Both the position numbers and the translations under genes were made by a program. Positions 34,301 to 47,121 of a DNA stretch of 64,000 bases are shown here, in pieces. Origin of the DNA: Mantamonas sphyraenae STR306 (Eukaryota; Protista; CRuMs); assembly GCA_026936335.1 (NCBI GenBank), contig JAPMXV010000007.1, positions 314,273-378,272 of the forward strand. Reading direction: 5' to 3'. Each line of letters starts with the position of its first letter. Position 1 is the first letter of the stretch. The notes below the pieces were generated by a model that saw only the letters and a program-made list of their open reading frames with translations, ran no database searches and was not told where the DNA came from.

Positions 34301-37300
34301 CCACGGAGCGGCTGCTGGAGGCGGAGAAGATCAAACGTGGGCCGTCGAGGCTGAGTGTTGCAACAAGCAGCTCGCATCGCATGGCACGCAGCATGTCGCG
34401 TGGCACGCAGCGGTCAGGAGCAGGCACGCCCGGGCCAAAGAAGGTGCAACTTGGCGCACTGGACCCGGCGCTGCTTGTGCGTGGTCTCGTAGCGAAACAC
34501 TACGACCCAGCGAGCGATGTGTTTGAATTTGGCCCGCTGCTGACGACCAAGGAGCCACTGCGGAACGAAATGGGCCAGAGTCGCAACCCGGAGCACTTTG
34601 AAGAGCTGCGCATCACGAACAACGGTCTGTTTGCAACGGACGTTCAGTTTGTGTTTGCCAACGACGAGCTGGGCGAAGTGTTTACAGTGGAGCCGAAGCA
34701 GATTCACCTGGAGGTGGACGAGACGCGCACGGTGGTTGTTTGGGCATACCCGCGAAAGGACGGGGAGTTCAAGGATGCGCTTGTGTGCGTTGTGAAGAAC
34801 AGTCCAAAGGTGGTTCAGTTTCCCATGCGCTGCGTGGGCAGCACGCCGTGTGTGGAGCTGGAAGGAGCGGAACTTGACTTTGACAAGATGAAGCTCGGCA
34901 GCGAGGACACAAAGACGGTGCTCGTGCACAACCGCACGCCGTTGCCTGTGGTGTTCCGCGTGCAGGAGAACTCATTGCCTGCAGAGGCGTTTATGGTGTC
35001 GCCGATGCAAGGGTACATTGCTGCCAATGGTTCGCAGGCAGTGGAAGTTCGCTTTTGCTCGGAGGAGGAGCGCAAGTTTAGCGGGAGCTTCGAGGTTGCT
35101 GTGAGCGACCCGTACGGAGTTTCTTCTGGGCTGGATGTGATCGAAGAGGTCATGGAGAGTGCAGACGAGTCAGAAGGGGCTAAGGAGGGCGAAGGCGACA
35201 AGGGAGATGTGCAGGCGCAGGTCCGTCCTGCAACGCCGGCTTGGACACCGAACCAGGTGGAGACGGTAAAGGTGGAGGCAGAGGCGTTTGAGATTGCACT
35301 GGACTTTGCGTTCCCGAAGGAGGAGAAGATTCTGGATCTGGGCGTGTTTCGCGAAGTGCTGCACGAACAGTTTACGATCAAGAACAACGGCAAGTACGAC
35401 GCACACTTTGCGCTGGAGGTGAACGAAGCGCTGGGGGCGGTGATGGAGGTGACGCCTTCGGAAGGAGTGCTGAAGGCAAACGACAAGCAGCCGCTGACGG
35501 TTGCGGTGCACGTGAACACAGGCTGCGAGATGAGCTACGACGGGATGGGTCTGACATGCCGCGTACTGGAGGCCGAGAGCGGAGAGGCACAGAAGGAGGT
35601 GGGCATCCATGTGCGTCTGCAGAGCGTGTACTCGAAGCCGAGCGTGACGCCTGCGCGTGGCATCAACTTTGGGCCGTTGAACTTTGAAAACACAAAGCGA
35701 CGCGTGGTGGAAATCAGCAACCACGGCGAATTTGATTTCCGCGTGAACTTTGTGCGCATGACACGGGAGGTAGAGGAGCGGGAGGACGAGCGTGTGCGTG
35801 CAGTGCAACGAGAGAAGCGCGGTCTGCAGGCGGAACTGGAGGCACGCGCAATTGAAGAGGCTGTGGCCAACACGGGTAGCGAGGAGGGCGAGGCGGAGGC
35901 AGGCAAGGAGCCAGCGAAGGAGACGGGGAAAGAGGGTGGCAAACAGGAAAAGGAGGGACGTCCAAAGTCGAGCAAGGGGGACAAGAGCGAGAAGGGCCGC
36001 AAGGGCAACCGTACGTCGCGGCGCCTCAGCAGCCGGGAGGGAAAGAAGCGAGGCAGTGGATCAGGCAGCAGCAACGCGGGGGCGAGCAGCAGCAGCAGCA
36101 GTAGCAGCAGCAGCAGCGGTGTGGGTGGTGGTGTTGTTGGCTCGAGCAGTGACACACACGGCAACTCGGCGGGCGCGGTGGGACTTGGCGAGGCCTTGAA
36201 GACGGGCAACTTTACGATCCGTCCGGGGGCTTTGATGGTGCCACGCGGCGAGAGCGTGCAGGTGGAGATCGAGTTCCATGCGGGCGAGGCACGTGTGTAC
36301 ACGGAGGTAGTGGGCATCGACGTGGTGGACCGAGATCCGCGGGAGCGCATGATGGCGTTTGAGCTTGTGGGCGAGTCTTGCGTGCCTGGAATCAACACAC
36401 AGGACATGGCAGACATCTTTGAGGAGCAGACAGTGACACAGCACCTGGACGTGTTCCACACGAAGAGCTCGACGTACGCGGAGGCAGACCGGATCTTTAT
36501 GTTTTCGCCCGTTGTGAGCGGATACGAAGCACGCGAGCGGGTGAAGATCATGAACCCGTACAAGGTGGCGTGTGACGTGGACCTGCGCATTGTAAGCCGT
36601 GGGGGCGTGGGAGGGAGCAAGAGCGGGAACGATGCGGCCGCGTTTGACGTGCAGCCTGCACGTCTGCACATCCCGATGCACGAGCACAGGTATGCTACGG
36701 TGTATTTCAAGCCGGACGAGCTGCACCAGTATGCAGCGGTGTTTGAAGCGACTGTGGAAGGGGGCGTGGACGAGAGCAGCGCCAGGCTGAGTTTTGACGT
36801 GCGAGGCGAAGGTACGCTGCCACACGTGAACCTGGAGCTTCCCAACGGAAAAATGGCGAATGCGTTGCAGTTTTCGCGGCTGCTGCTTGGACGTGAGCAA
36901 GTGCTGCGGTTCAATGCGCGCAACGACGGAATCATCCCGGCCAAGATCAAGTGCGAAATGGCAAACGACCCCGGGTTTACGTTTATGCAGCGCGGTAGCA
37001 GCCTGACGGTAGGCGCAGGACAGTCGCGTCAGCTGGAGGTGCGTTTCCACCCGCAAGAAAGCAAGAAGTACGCGGTGCCGCTGAAGATTGTGGTGGACAA
37101 GAACGAGTACGCGGACACGGTGGTGCTGCTGCAGGGCGAAGGGTACCAGGAAGATGTGACGTTTGACGAGCTGCCGGACGGTGTTGTGAATGACGAGCTG
37201 CGCTTTGGCGACGTGGCGATTCACGAGTCTGTGCAACGCGGGTTTGTGCTGCGCAACAACAGCGAGCGCTGGTTCAGGTACGAGTGGCCGGAGCACGCAC

Positions 37301-40300
37301 ACTTTGGATTCACGCCGCGGTGTGGCCATTTGGCACCGTACGGTAGCAAGGCACTGGTGGCAACGTTTGAGGCCAGCGAGCCGGTGCAATACGACAAGGT
37401 TGCGCTGGGCCTGCAGGTGTGCGAAATTGCACACGTGGAGGGAGAGGACGGAGAGGCGTGGGACAGCGAGATGCAAGTCGTACGCTGGGTGGACGAGGCA
37501 CAGTGGAAGGTGGAGCAGGAGGCCAAGGCACGGCGTGCGGAAGAGGAGAAGCGCCGGGCTGAGGAAGAGAAGCGCCGCTCGGAGGGCAAGCGTGGCAAAC
37601 GAGGCACAAAGAGGCAGTCGTCGAAGCAGCGTATGGTTGCAGAGGAGATGGAGGTAGCAGTGCCGCGGAAGCAGGGCGAGGCGTCGGCAGGCGAGTCGTC
37701 AGGCAGCAGCAGCAGCAGCAACGGCGGCGGCAGTGGCAAGCCTCGCAAGGTTGTGGAAGCGAAGGAGGAGCCAATGCATGAGGTGGTGAAAGAGAGCGAG
37801 CGGGAGCTTGTGATGACGGTGAGCGGGGTGGCGGACGAGGGTCGATACGAGTGCGACACGGAGAACATTGTGTTCCGAGACACGATGATGTTCCAGACGC
37901 GTGCGTTTGAGTTTCCTGTGCGCAACCCAAGCAAGACCGGGATGCAGTTCCGATGGTATGTGCTGGACGAGCTGAACGACGTGGTGGACGAGCACGCGCC
38001 CTTCCAAGTGCAGCCCGAGTCTGGGGTGATTGCAAGCGGGGCGGTGCAGAACTTCAAGGTGCGATTTGCACCGCGGGACGTGGATCAATACGGCAGGCGA
38101 CTGGCGTGTGACATCACCAACCTGGGCGATGAGTGCGAGCCGCTTGTGATTGGAGTGCTGGGCGAAAGTGTACGCCCGCTGTGCCACTTTGAGCTTGCGG
38201 CAAGTGACTACCTGAGCGGAGAGCGTCGCAACCCGGAGCGACGTGGACCGGGTGGGAAGCTGGGACCGCTGGATAGCAACACCCAGGTGATTGAGATGGA
38301 GTCGTGCGGCATCAAGGTGAAGAACACGAGGCGCTTCCACGTGTTGAACCCGACGAATGTGTCGTACGAATTTGAATGGGAGAGCCACGACGTGATGGGC
38401 AAGGGCAAGCGCAGCGCATTCCGATGCGTGACGCGCAAGGGCCTCGTGCACAGCGGGAAAAAGTTTGAGATGGTGTTTGAGTACACACCGGAGAGCCTGG
38501 ACCTGGTGGAGTCGTTCTGGACCTTCCACATCCCGAGTGAAGGGTGCAGCGTGCCTGTGCTGCTTGTTGGCCAGGCGCGTGAGCCGAATGTGTACCTGGA
38601 GCAGAGTGCGATCCAGTTCAACGAAATGCTGGTGGGCCGCAAGGCACAGCAGGAAGTTGCGCTTGTGAACGACGAGGTAGTGCCGTTTTCGTTCAGTGTG
38701 GACAAGCGGTCGCTGCAGGGAGTGGGCGACGCGCTGAGTGTGTCGCCTCTGAACGGAGTGGTGGGCCCGCACTCGCAAACGCCACTGAAAGTCCGGTTCA
38801 GGCCGGGCATGGAGAAGGAGTTTAACATCAACGCGGTTGTGAACGTGCTGCGCAAGCCGAGCAAGGTGGTGTTGAATGTGAAGGGCGAAGGGTACCGCAT
38901 CCACGAGGAGGTGGTTGTGGTGAGCGAGGAGGAGGAGCAGGGCATGGTGGAAGCAGCGAGCAGCAGCAAGGCAAAGGGCAAAGGCAAGGCAGCACATGGT
39001 GGAAGGCAGGTGCTTGTGCCGAGCAAGAGCGCGGGCCAGGCAAACGTGGTGGACTTTGGTCATGTGCATGTGAACGCGAAGCAGGTGAAGCGGATGGTGC
39101 TGCTGAACACGGGCAAGTTCAACTTTGACTTTACGTTTACCGGTGGCGAGCACCGGTCGGTGTCGGTGTCGCCTGCTCTGGGCACGGTGCCGAAGGGCGA
39201 GCGAGTGACGGTGGAGTTGACTTTCCATCCGCGAACACCGATGCAGCTGCGCAACGTGGAGCTTGTACTGAAGATCACCAACGGCCCGCGGTACACCATT
39301 GCGGTGCAGGGGGTGGGCAAGCGGCCGGCGCTGACGTTCTCGTGGACAGAGGCAGACTTTGGGCCGCAATTTGTGTTTCGTCAGGGGATGGAGCCGTACC
39401 AGAAGAGCTTGCTCGTGCGCAACGACGACCAGGAGGAGATTAGCTTTGACGTGCCGTTTGTGCAGAACGAGTGGCTGGAGGTGCAGGCGTCGCCGACGAT
39501 CCTGCAGCCGGAGCAAGAGGTGGAGATCCCGGTGCTGTTTACGCCGCGGGGAGTGAGCAAGTACGCAGAGGTGATTGACTTTCACGTGAACTCACTTGTG
39601 AAAATGCAGGTGACTGTGGCGGGGGAGGGTGTGGAACCGCACGTGGAGATGAGCAACAGCCAAGTTCGGAGCGTGTCGTTTGGGGCACTGCGTGTGGGAG
39701 AACGGCTGCAACGCACGGCGAAAATGGTGAACCGATCAAAGATTGGCGTGCGCGTGAAGATGACGACACTGGAGCGACTTGCGCGGTACGGGGTCACGGT
39801 GAAGCCGGCGGAGGTGTCGCTGAAGCCGAAGGAGTCGTGCAACCTGCAGCTCACGTTTGCGCCGGGAGAGCGTCTGATTCCGTTCCAGGAGGCGTTGGAG
39901 ATGGAGATTATGGGCACTGGGATGCGACAGGAACTGTTGGAGCTGCAGGGAGCGTGCAACGGAGTCGAGGTGAAGCTGGAAAACGAACGTGTGGCGTTTG
40001 GGGCGGTGAGCAAGGGATCGTTTGCGAAGCGCAAGCTGCAACTGCAGAACATGGGAGACATCGGAGTGCGGTTCAAGGTTCGCGGTATGCGTGCGCCGTT
40101 CAGCGTGACGCCCAGGGAAGGGTTTGTGCACGCGGGAGTGGACATGTCGCTGGAGCTTGGGTTCGCACCGCAGGAGCTGGATGGAGACATCGAGCTTGAC
40201 GGGGTGGAGTGCGTGATTGACGACGAAAGCGGGGTGGAGCGTGTACTTCCGCTGTCGCTGAGCGGCATGTGTGTTGCGCAGGAGGCCGAAGTGGAACCTG

Positions 40301-42270
40301 TGGAGTTTACGGTGCCTGTGCGAGAGTCGCAGAGCAAGCATGTGACGCTGACGAACCGCAGCCAGGACAAATGGCACATTGTGCCGGTGTTTTCGGACGC
40401 AACGTGGAGTGGTGCGGAGTATGTGGATGTGCCGGCGGGGCAGACTGTGAAGTACAAGATCGAGTACCGCCCGGTGGTGATGACTGGCCACAACGTGGAG
40501 GACGGTGGACATGGGAGCGGAAGTGGAAGCGGGAGCGGGAGCGGCAAGGGCAAGAAACGGGTGACGGTGGGCGAGAGTAGCAGTGGAAGTGGAAGTGGAA
40601 GTGGAAGTGGAAGTGGGAGCGCGCGGCGTCCGACGAGCAGCCGCAGGAAGAAGGGAAGCAGCAAGGGGACAGGCAGCAGCAGCAGCAGCAGCAGCGGGGG
40701 CGGCAAGAGGCGCAAGGGAGAGGATGAGGAGGTGGACCTGGGAGAGTCGTCACAAGGAGGAAGTGGAGGAGAGGATGTGGAGGACGAGAAGCTGCATCGC
40801 GGAAGCGTGTTCTTTCCGCTTCCGGACGGGACAGCGGTGCTGTACAAGCTGCACGGAAAGGTGCTGCCACCTCTGGCAAGCGGAGAAGTAGAGGTGAAGG
40901 TGGCTGCAAAGACGGCACACATCGAGGCGTTGCAAGTGAGCAACTGGCTGGCGAGTGCTCAGCGGTTTGTGGTGAAGAGCGAATTCGACGGGGACGAAAG
41001 CGTGAGCGTGGGTGGACTGGAAAAGATGGATGTGCCGGGCCAGTCGACGCGTGTGTACCAGTTGAACTTTTTCGCGCACAAGCCAGGGACGGTTCGTGGC
41101 CGGGTGACGTTTACGAACGCGGAGACCAGGGAGTACCAGTTCTTTGAGTGCGTGTTCCGAGTGGGCGAAGCGTCTGTGGTGGAGGAGTTTGTGCTGGACA
41201 CGCCTGTGCGTCAGGAGGTGGTGCGGACGGTGGAGGTGAGCAACACGCTAGATCGGGAGGTGAAGATGCGTGGAACGTGCGAGCACGGGGACGTGGTCGT
41301 GCCGAGTGAGGTGCGGGTGGGACCAAAGAGCACTGCACGCGTGCCAGTGTCGTACTTGCCGCTGGTGGTTGGAGAGAGCGTGTCCGCAGTGCGGTTTACG
41401 AGCGAAGAGCTGGGCGAGTTTGTGTACAAGGTGCGGCTGGTGGGGATGGCAGCGGCGGCGGAGAAACCGCTGACGTTCAAGAACGAGCTGGGGATGGCAA
41501 GCGTGCTGACGTTCCGGTTCATGAGCTACACGCGCAGCAAGTGCGAGTACAGCGTGAGTGTGCAAGGCGACGATGGCGACTTTGTGGTGGACAAGAGCGT
41601 GAGCGCGCCTGCGGCAACAGGAGCACGTGGAGAGGGAGTGGAGGTGGGACTGGACGTGGGATTTGAGCCGACGCGTGTGGGGGAGTCGCGAGGGACACTT
41701 GTGGTGCGATCCAACGTGGGCGGGGAATACCGTGCAGTGCTTGTGGGCCATTGTGTGGCAGCGACGCCGCAGGGCCCTGTGAGCGTGAAGGGCACGGGCA
41801 CGACGGGGATCACGTTCAAGAACGTGTTTGCATCGTCGATGGAGTTTACGTACAGTGTGGACAACCCGCGCTTCACGGTGACAAAGAAGAAGGAGACGGT
41901 GGGAGGGAAGAAGAGCACGCGAATCGACGTGGGATTCAACGCAGGGGAGCTGAGTGTGGGCGCAGGCGTGGGATCGTCGAGCTCGAGCAGCAGCGATGGA
42001 GGAGCATTGAGCAGCAGCAGCTCGACGGGCGGAGCGGGACGCAAGACGAGCCGCAGCGGACGCAAGACCAAGCGCGGAAGCAGCAGCAAGAAGAGCGGAA
42101 GCGGAAAGGGCAAGGAGCGGGAGGAGGAAGGAGGGGAGGAGGAAGTTGCAGACGGAAGTGCAGAGGTTGTGAATGCGTTTGGAGGGACGGCGGTGATGGG
42201 CAAGCTGGTTGTGGTTGCGGCGAGCGGGGAGAGTTGGGTGTGGTACCTGCGTGGAAGCGTGGAGAAATGA
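25386..42270 (+). CDS. HYDIN: Hydin (flagellar central-pair protein, about 5400 aa); exons 25386-25535, 25749-25994, 26091-26513, 26673-27027, 27119-42270
   Basis: FQPFPQEIVFQNYEP, VTEREKFIVPI, many ASH/Ig-like repeats (V.FTP, G.G.GP), an ADK-like segment VIVYGPPQSG, PLCHFEL...YLSG.RRNP and a C-terminal WYLRG. Confidence 0.95.
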
Positions 42271-42295
42271 TGATGTGGATTGGAATAGAGCGAGT

Positions 42296-43443
42296 TTATG
42301 CGCTGGTGGCACCATAGGACTGGTTGGCGGAGGAGGAGGACGGGGCATCGTCTTGGTCGTTGAGAGAGGCAAAGCCAGAGTCTTCGGAGCCGTCGGCCTT
42401 GATGGGAGAGAGCGGGAAGAGGCTCTTCTTCATGATCCACCAGAGAGCGTGGTGGATGCCGATGGAGAGGTAGGTGGCGGCGGCCATGAAGGTCATGAAG
42501 ACGTAAAAGTCAAAGGGCGGGATGGGAGGGACCTTGACGGAGGTCTGCTGGTGGTTCCAGACGTCGTAGCTGCGGAAGAAGAGGTTGAACTTTGCGCCTC
42601 CAGAGTTACCCTGCATCTTGTACTGGGAGTTGAGGAGGGAGTACTGCTGGGAGGTGATCTTGCCTGCTTGGTCGCGGAAGATCTCGGTTGCGAGGGAAAC
42701 CATGTTGCCCGTGCCAGCACCAAGGACCATAAAGTCCTGGGCGCCGTAGGTGGTGATGTCCTGGCAGTTGCGGCTCGTGTCGCCAGGAGTGCCGACGTCG
42801 CAGAGGGCAAGCGAAAAGTCGTGGGGCACGGGGTTGTTGTTTGCGTCGTAGGCCTGGGCAGTGCAAACGATGGGGGTCTTGGAGCCACGGACCTGGACAA
42901 AGGTGCCCTGGGAGTTGAAGAGGCCGCAGTTCTTTTGGTTGTCGGAGCAGACGCCGGCGGCAAAGTTGTGCGGGAGGGGCTGGTCGCCAGCGGGGGTCAT
43001 CTGGTTGCAGGTGATGATGGAGTGGTCGACCTGGGGTGGGTGGATGAGTGGATGTGCCGGTGTGAGGTTGGGCAGGAGAAGAACAAGCGGGGGAACGGGT
43101 GCGGGAACGCGAAAGGAGCCCGAGGAGGGCGGGAAAATTTTGCGTGTGGTTGGCCGAAGGGCTGCATGGGGCGTGTGGGTCGTACCTGGAAGTTGGTGAA
43201 GTTGCCAAAGGTCTGGAGCTTGACGAAGAATGTGGGGAAGGCGAGTTGGCTGTTGAATGCAAGCCAGCTCTTCCATTCGGAGTGGGCGGCGAGGTTGATT
43301 GTGGGCGGGGTGCCGCCGCCAAACTTGACGGCCTTGTCGATGGCCGCGCCAAAGAAGATCATCCAAAAGATGACGGCGATGAGGAGGGCAAAGGTCCAAC
43401 CGCGAGAGTCGTTGCGTGTAGAGAGGTGAGAAAGCTTGACCAT
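42296..43443 (-). CDS. Two-TM membrane protein with a Cys-containing ectodomain (ENaC/ASIC/PAC-like architecture); exons 43443-43186 and 43030-42296
   Basis: TM near each terminus and six ectodomain Cys. Intron GTACGA...CCCCAG joins the ORFs in frame. Confidence 0.7.
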
Positions 43444-43514
43444 GGCGTGGGGTGGTTGGGTGGTTGGCGGAGCGCGGTGGGGGGCAAGAGGTGGAGAAAG
43501 AGAAAGAATTGATC

Positions 43515-45337
43515 ATGGGAGGGCATCGAAAGAAACCTTACAGTGGGAAGAAGAAAAAGGCGCAGTTGAAGGCAAAGAGGTTGCGAGAGAGTGCGGTGGA
43601 GGCGCGGGTGGAAGAGGAACTGGGACGGAGGGGGCAGAGGAAAGAGGTGGAGGTGGAGGTGGAGGAGGGGGAGAAGGAGGAAGAGGTGGAAGTGGGGTTG
43701 GATGTGGAGGTTGATATGGTGGAGACGACATCGTTTTCGTCGTCGTCCGGCGGGCATGGGGGCAAGGAGCGAAGGTAGGAGGTTGGACGGAAAGCGAGCG
43801 GGTCAGGGTGGAAGGAAAGACTGACATGGGATGGGGGCTCAGTCTGCGCACAGAGTTTGAAAAGGAAACGAGGGAGGAGGTGGACGAACGCAAGGCAAAG
43901 ATGGTGGAGGCGGTGGAGTTTGTCGGGGAGGATCGGCTGACGGAACACGGGGCGGTGATTCTGGGGCCGGAGACAAAGTTGGCGGGGTTTGGGGCTGGGG
44001 ATGAAGGACCCGAGGTGGTGGAGATGCCAAAGAGGCCGCGTGGAAGCCGGCATCAGAGCGCAGGGCAGCTGGAACGGAGTGAGCAGAAGTACTTTCGAGA
44101 TTGGTTGCGGGGGGTAAAGGGCAAACACGGGCGTGGGAAGCTGAACAACTTTGAGCACAATCTGGAGGTGTGGAGACAGCTTTGGCGTGTGGTTGAACGT
44201 TCGGATGTGCTGCTACTGACGGTGGACGCGCGGCATCCGGTGTACAACTTTCCGGTGGCGCTGTATCGGTATGTGACGGGGGAGGAGGTGAACAAGCCGC
44301 TGGTGCTTGTGATGAACAAGGTGGATCTTGTGTCGCGGGAGTGTGTGGTGGCGTGGAAGGAGTACTTTGAGGAGCATTTCCCGAAGCTGCGAGTGACCTG
44401 GTTCTCGTCTTATCCGCGGGAGGGCAGCGTGACAGACGACGAGGCGACTGCGGATCGGAAGAGGAAGAAGATCGACCGTCGACGTCGTTGGAAGGCGTCT
44501 GGGGTGCGGCGGCTGCTGCGGCTGTGCCGGGAGCTGGGGTTTGAGGTGGGAGTAGGAGGAGGTGGTGGGGAGGAGGGATCGTATGAGATGAACACGGAGG
44601 AAGAGGAAGCGTACCGAGAGGAACACGGGGGGTCGTTTGTGACGATAGGGACGATCGGGAATCCGAACACGGGCAAGAGTTCGCTGATCAACGGCCTGGT
44701 GGGCAAGATTGTGGTGAGCGCAAGCAAGCAGCCGGGCCACACGAAACACTTTCAGACGATTTTTGTGAGCCGGGACATCCTGCTGTGCGACTGTCCTGGA
44801 CTGGTGTTTCCTGCGGTGGACGTGGGCCGCGCTGAGCAGGTGCTTTTTGGGAGCTTTCCGATTGCACAGCTGCGGGAGCCGTTTTCGTCGCTGCGGTTTG
44901 TGGCAGAGCGTGTGCGGTTGGAGGATGTGTATCATTTGGATTTGGAGCACGAGGACGTTGGGGGAGGTGAGGCGAGCGAGTGGTCGCCGCATCTTTTGTC
45001 GGCTGCGTACGCGGTGCAGCGTGGATACAGGATGGAGCGTAGCGGGTTGCCGGATATCTATCGTGCGGCGAGGGAGATGCTGTGGGATGTGGTGGATGGG
45101 AACGTGTTGCTGCACTTTGTGCCGGAAGGGTATCTTGGGCTGGAGGCGGATGAATCGTGGTGGAGTGAGGGGGAGGATGAGGAGGAGGAGGAGGACGGGG
45201 AGGGAGAGGAGGGAGAAGCTGTGAAGAGGGCGATGTGGGAGTTGTTGGGGGAGGAGGACGGGGAGGAGGACGGGGAAGAGGAGGGCGGGGTGGGGAGCGT
45301 GTTTGATTTGCTGGGGGAAGTAGGAGATGTACATTGA
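43515..45337 (+). CDS. GNL1: GNL1-like circularly permuted GTPase; exons 43515-43774 and 43843-45337
   Basis: RKKPYSGKKKKAQL N-terminus, NNFEHNLEVWRQLWRV, NKVDL (G4) before GNPNTGKSS (G1), PGHTKHFQT and CDCPGLVFP. A 68-nt intron with an ACTGAC branch point restores the frame. Confidence 0.93.
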
Positions 45338-45347
45338 AGAGGTTGTG

Positions 45348-47073
45348 TCATGACCAGATGGAACCGTAGGTGGAGTTTTGGGCAAAGCCAAAGGCGGTGG
45401 TCTTTTGGGATTGGGCAAAGATGCGTCGGAGGAGTAGGGAGAGGATGATGGCCAGGAGGAGGAAGGCGGCCATGAAGAGGATGGTGCAGTTTGCACAGAA
45501 GGGGCGTGTCATGTAAAAGAGATTGACGAGGAGGATGGGGGCGAGGAGCTTGAAGAGAGAGTGGAGTGCAGAGACGGCGGCAAAGATGGAGCCCTGCTGG
45601 TCGACGTCGACGGCGCGGGAAAAGATGGCACGCATGATGGGGATGGAGAGGGATCCGAGGGCCTCGACGGCAGTGGAGGCGAGGAGAAGCGGGTAGTCCC
45701 GTTCGCCAAAGGCATAGCCGAGGTAGGAGAGGAGGTAGAGGGCAAGGGTGAGGTGGAGGGAGAGGAGCTCACGGTAGAGGGAGTTTGGGTTTCGGTAGCG
45801 CCAGGCGAGGTAGAGGAGGAGGGCAAAGGCGATGAGGGAGGTGTGTATGACGAGGCGGGAGGAGAGGAAGCCTCGGAGATCAAGGTTGTTGACGGAGAAG
45901 CCGATGGGGAGCTTCCAGAGGAGGTAGCCAAAGCCGCGGGTGGCTAGGATGGTGGTGCAGAAGATGAGAGTGAGGGCGAGGGAGGCCCAGTGGGAGCCGA
46001 TGGTTGTTGGGGCGGCGAGAAGGGCGAGGGTGCCCAAGGTGTTTGCTGAGCGCCAGTTGAGAGCATGGAGGCGGTAGACGTCGACGAGAGACTCGCGCAT
46101 GAGGAGGTAGATGAGGAGAACGAGGGCGGAGACGGCGATGAGGAGGTAGAAGGGAGCATGGAGGCCCCAGAGAGAGACCATGCCGGGAAGGATGAGGAGG
46201 GCAAGGAGCTCTGAGAAGCAGAGGATGAGCTGTGCGGCAGTGAACATGGCAGTGCGATCTGAAGAGACGGGTTCGGTGAGGTCTGAGAGAAAGGCAAAGG
46301 TGCAGACCTGTGGGGGGAGGGGAGCGGGGGTGGGGGGAAAGGGTGAGGATTTGGCGGCAAGGTACACGCAAAGGGATTCAACTGACAAGGATGACGGCCG
46401 AGTCGCCGGAGAAGCCCTGAAAGGCATTGAGGGCAACGATGAGTTCGAAGGAGGCGTCTGTGGCGTAGCAGATGGTGAGGAGGATGGCGTAGGCGAGAGA
46501 GGCGACGGCCGGGACGAGAAAGATGGGCTTGCGGCCGTACTTGTCGCTGAGCTTGCCGTATGTGCCGACGGCCAGAATGGAGGGGAGAACGCGGGCAATG
46601 CGCATCCAGAGAGACCAGTGGTATACTTGGGCATTGAGAGCGTCAGCAGTTGCGGGCGGGAGGTGGCGTGTGCAATCGAGCTCGTGGTCGTCGAGGGTGA
46701 GGCCTGCGTGTGTGCAGAGGCGGGCACGGACGATGAGGTCGTGGAGGATGGGGTCGACGAGATGGTTGGCAAAGGAGTAGAGGAGGAGGGCGACGAGGGC
46801 GAGCCACCAGCGGGCCTGGGTGTGGTTTGAGACGCCGTTGAGGATGAGGCCCGAGTAGGTGCCGCCAGAGGAGGAGGTGATGGCAGAGGAGTTTGAACCA
46901 AAGAAGATTTCCTGTTTGCCAAAGGAGGAGTTGCTTGCGAATTTGAGAGGGGTGGAGGAGGAAGGGGGAGGGGCTTGGGAGGCCGAAGGAGTCGGGGTGG
47001 GGGTTGGAGTGGGATTGGGGTTGGGTTTGGGGGCCGTGTTGGCTGGAGGTGAAGCCGCGCCTTGCCAGAGCAT
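45348..47073 (-). CDS. MFS transporter, SLC46/PCFT-like; exons 47073-46387 and 46307-45348
   Basis: GKLSDKYGRKP (motif A), Cys-containing first loop, FAFLSD, RES and RAIFSRAVDVDQQGSIFA. Confidence 0.85.
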
Positions 47074-47121
47074 GGTGGTTTGGGTTGGTGGGGAGGGTGC
47101 GGGGTGCGAGGCAACGTGACG

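Noticed and set aside
43775-43806. Alternative 32-nt GNL1 intron
   Set aside because: It also restores the frame but lacks a branch motif; the 68-nt intron ending at 43842 has ACTGAC and fits better.
46990-47035. Telomere-like GGGGTT/GGGATT run
   Set aside because: It encodes the PKPNPNPTPTP linker of the MFS protein on the minus strand.
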